From Octopus sinensis (Eukaryota), in contig NC_043002.1 in assembly GCF_006345805.1 (NCBI RefSeq), positions 41,912,001-41,976,000 on the forward strand: 64,000 nt of DNA. Direction: 5' to 3'. Position numbers and translations under genes: made by a program. A model generated the notes under the pieces. The model did no database searches. It was not told where the DNA came from and worked only from the letters and a program-made list of their open reading frames with translations. This document shows positions 62,186-64,000 of this stretch, one piece after another (positions within the stretch are counted from its first letter, which is position 1; every line of letters begins with the position of its first letter).

Positions 62186-64000
62186 AAACATTCAAACATT
62201 GTCACTATCTTTCCAACTTCTGCTGCATTTGGTATGAAATTTTTGGTCCTCCAAAATCGTTTTGTTGTCTAAATTGACCGACCTTTTTGCGCTTTGAAAT
62301 TTTGGTAAAAAAACTTGATTTGAAATCCGGAAAATACGGTGGTTGGTTTGTGGTATAGTGGGTAGAGGGTAGACAGATTGGACAAAAATGGTCAGACTGA
62401 TTGCTTCAGATAGTTTACATTAAAACAAAACCTTCAGTGGAGATCTGTAATCGATCTGTTTCAAGAATTCTCCACAAAAATCTACCAAAAAATATATAAT
62501 ACTTTTTTTAACTATCATCTATTTCAGATAAAATTGGCTTGCATTTTGTTGGTCTTCAGAATGATCATAAATTTTATAAATAGTTAAGGATAGGTGATAG
62601 TTATAAAAAAGTATTAATATGCTACGCCCAAAACCAGGAATTTTCAGAAGTACACAAATAAGGACTTAATTAAAAGAATCTGAGGTTGTTGTCGTTCATT
62701 TTCAAATAGACGCTAATTGAACAGGATTATAATTAATTCAAGCTTCAGATATTCAAGCTGCCATCATCCAATCCTTTTAAAAGTATGTCAAAGAAAAATA
62801 AAATAAAACAAAAGCAGATTAAAAATATTCCATGAGCCGGTTTCTTTGATTCTGTGGCGTATATATTCCCCGCTGGACTTGGACACCGTCCGTCGCAGGA
62901 TTAATCTTTTTTGCTCGTTTAGTGGACTTGAGCAACATGAAATGGAGTGTTTTGCTCAAGAGCACACTGCATTGTCTAGTCTAGGAATCGAGGCCACATT
63001 CTTACGATTATGAGTGCAACACTCTAACCACTAAGCCACGCGCTGCCACTTTAGAAGTATACAGGACTCCATTATCCCATATGTACTTTGCTTTCTAAGA
63101 AAGTTTTGTCTGATATGATGGAGATTTGGTTGTTATTTCTACCAAGTCGAGTGATCACGTAGAGACTCCCTCATTGACTCCCGCATTGGTCGCTCATATA
63201 TATACACACACATATGTGGGCGTCTGTGTACGTGTTCTGTGTGTGTATGTGCTTCTGTATGCGCGTGTGTGTGTGTGCGTGTGCGTGAATGTGTGTGCAT
63301 GTGTGTTGGTGTGTGGGGATAGAGTGTTTGTTTATGTGCCAAGCTAATATTTATATTTGCGTTAAACCATTGGACAGTAGGTTTCCATGTTGGAGCCAAT
63401 CAAACCAGCAATTATACAATCATACATCTCGTTCCGTGCAAAGAGAAATTTTCTGTAAAACAAGTTGATGTTGTTCATATTAAATAATCTCTCATCGAAA
63501 AGTTAATTCCACCTCAGGTTCTGACAATTTAATGGATTTTTCCACTAAAACGATATTTTGATATGTTATAACTTGTTTTGTTTTAAAATTAGTTTGCATT
63601 TTACTCTGTTTTAATACAAAAAATATTTCTACATTTTGTTGTTGTTTTTTTTAATATTTTTTATTTTTAAGATTAAGATCCAACTGATTTTTAATATCAG
63701 TCAATTATTGCTTGAAGTTTTAGACATCTTAAGATATTTCTGTATAGTTTTATTTAGATATTTCACGACAATTTTCTTCAATATTTACTGATCTGTTTCA
63801 ATGATTTTTTTTCTCGTTTGTATTTTTTCTGTTTATTTTTTTCATTAGAATTTATAAAATTTTTTTTTCTATTTATTTAATTTCATTTCTCAGAACTGGC
63901 AAGGCATTGGATTGTAGAATAGCTAATAGGTTGATTTCACGACTTTAGAGTTCGTATCCAACTACTGGCGTTGTGCTGTTTTCCTCGGCATGGTACTTAA

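Overview
AT-rich, microsatellite-rich eukaryotic genomic DNA. The repeat families resemble those I recall from octopus, so the taxon is inferred, not verified. The left 46 kb carry 19 coding exons (6534-45756, + strand, 3143 nt) of an LRP4 orthologue. They join in frame through GT-AG introns and encode the second half of YWTD propeller 1, EGF, propeller 2, EGF, propeller 3, EGF and propeller 4. The N-terminal LDLa/EGF exons and the final EGF/TM/cytoplasmic exons are not visible. A 100-N gap lies at 46448-46547. Beyond it the DNA retains more CpG, shows no LRP4 exons, and is packed with non-LTR fragments (RTE, CR1-like, CRE-like, R4/Dong-like, Tx1/L1-like). Introns contain at least four tRNA-type SINE families, mariner and piggyBac-type relics, and a young 5'-truncated CR1/L2-group LINE with a 15-bp TSD beside a splice acceptor. 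Best second-look items: (1) four hammerhead-ribozyme motifs, two of them in a sense-strand intronic repeat, one copy of which carries its own antisense arm; (2) a SINE/LINE 3' hairpin with compensatory base changes; (3) modular SINEs whose tail tracks with insertion target and which form head-to-tail arrays; (4) a 5'-inverted RTE insertion; (5) an apparent gene-body methylation footprint ending at the gap. No CRISPR array, rRNA gene or convincing tRNA gene was seen. All coordinates and alignments were read by eye.
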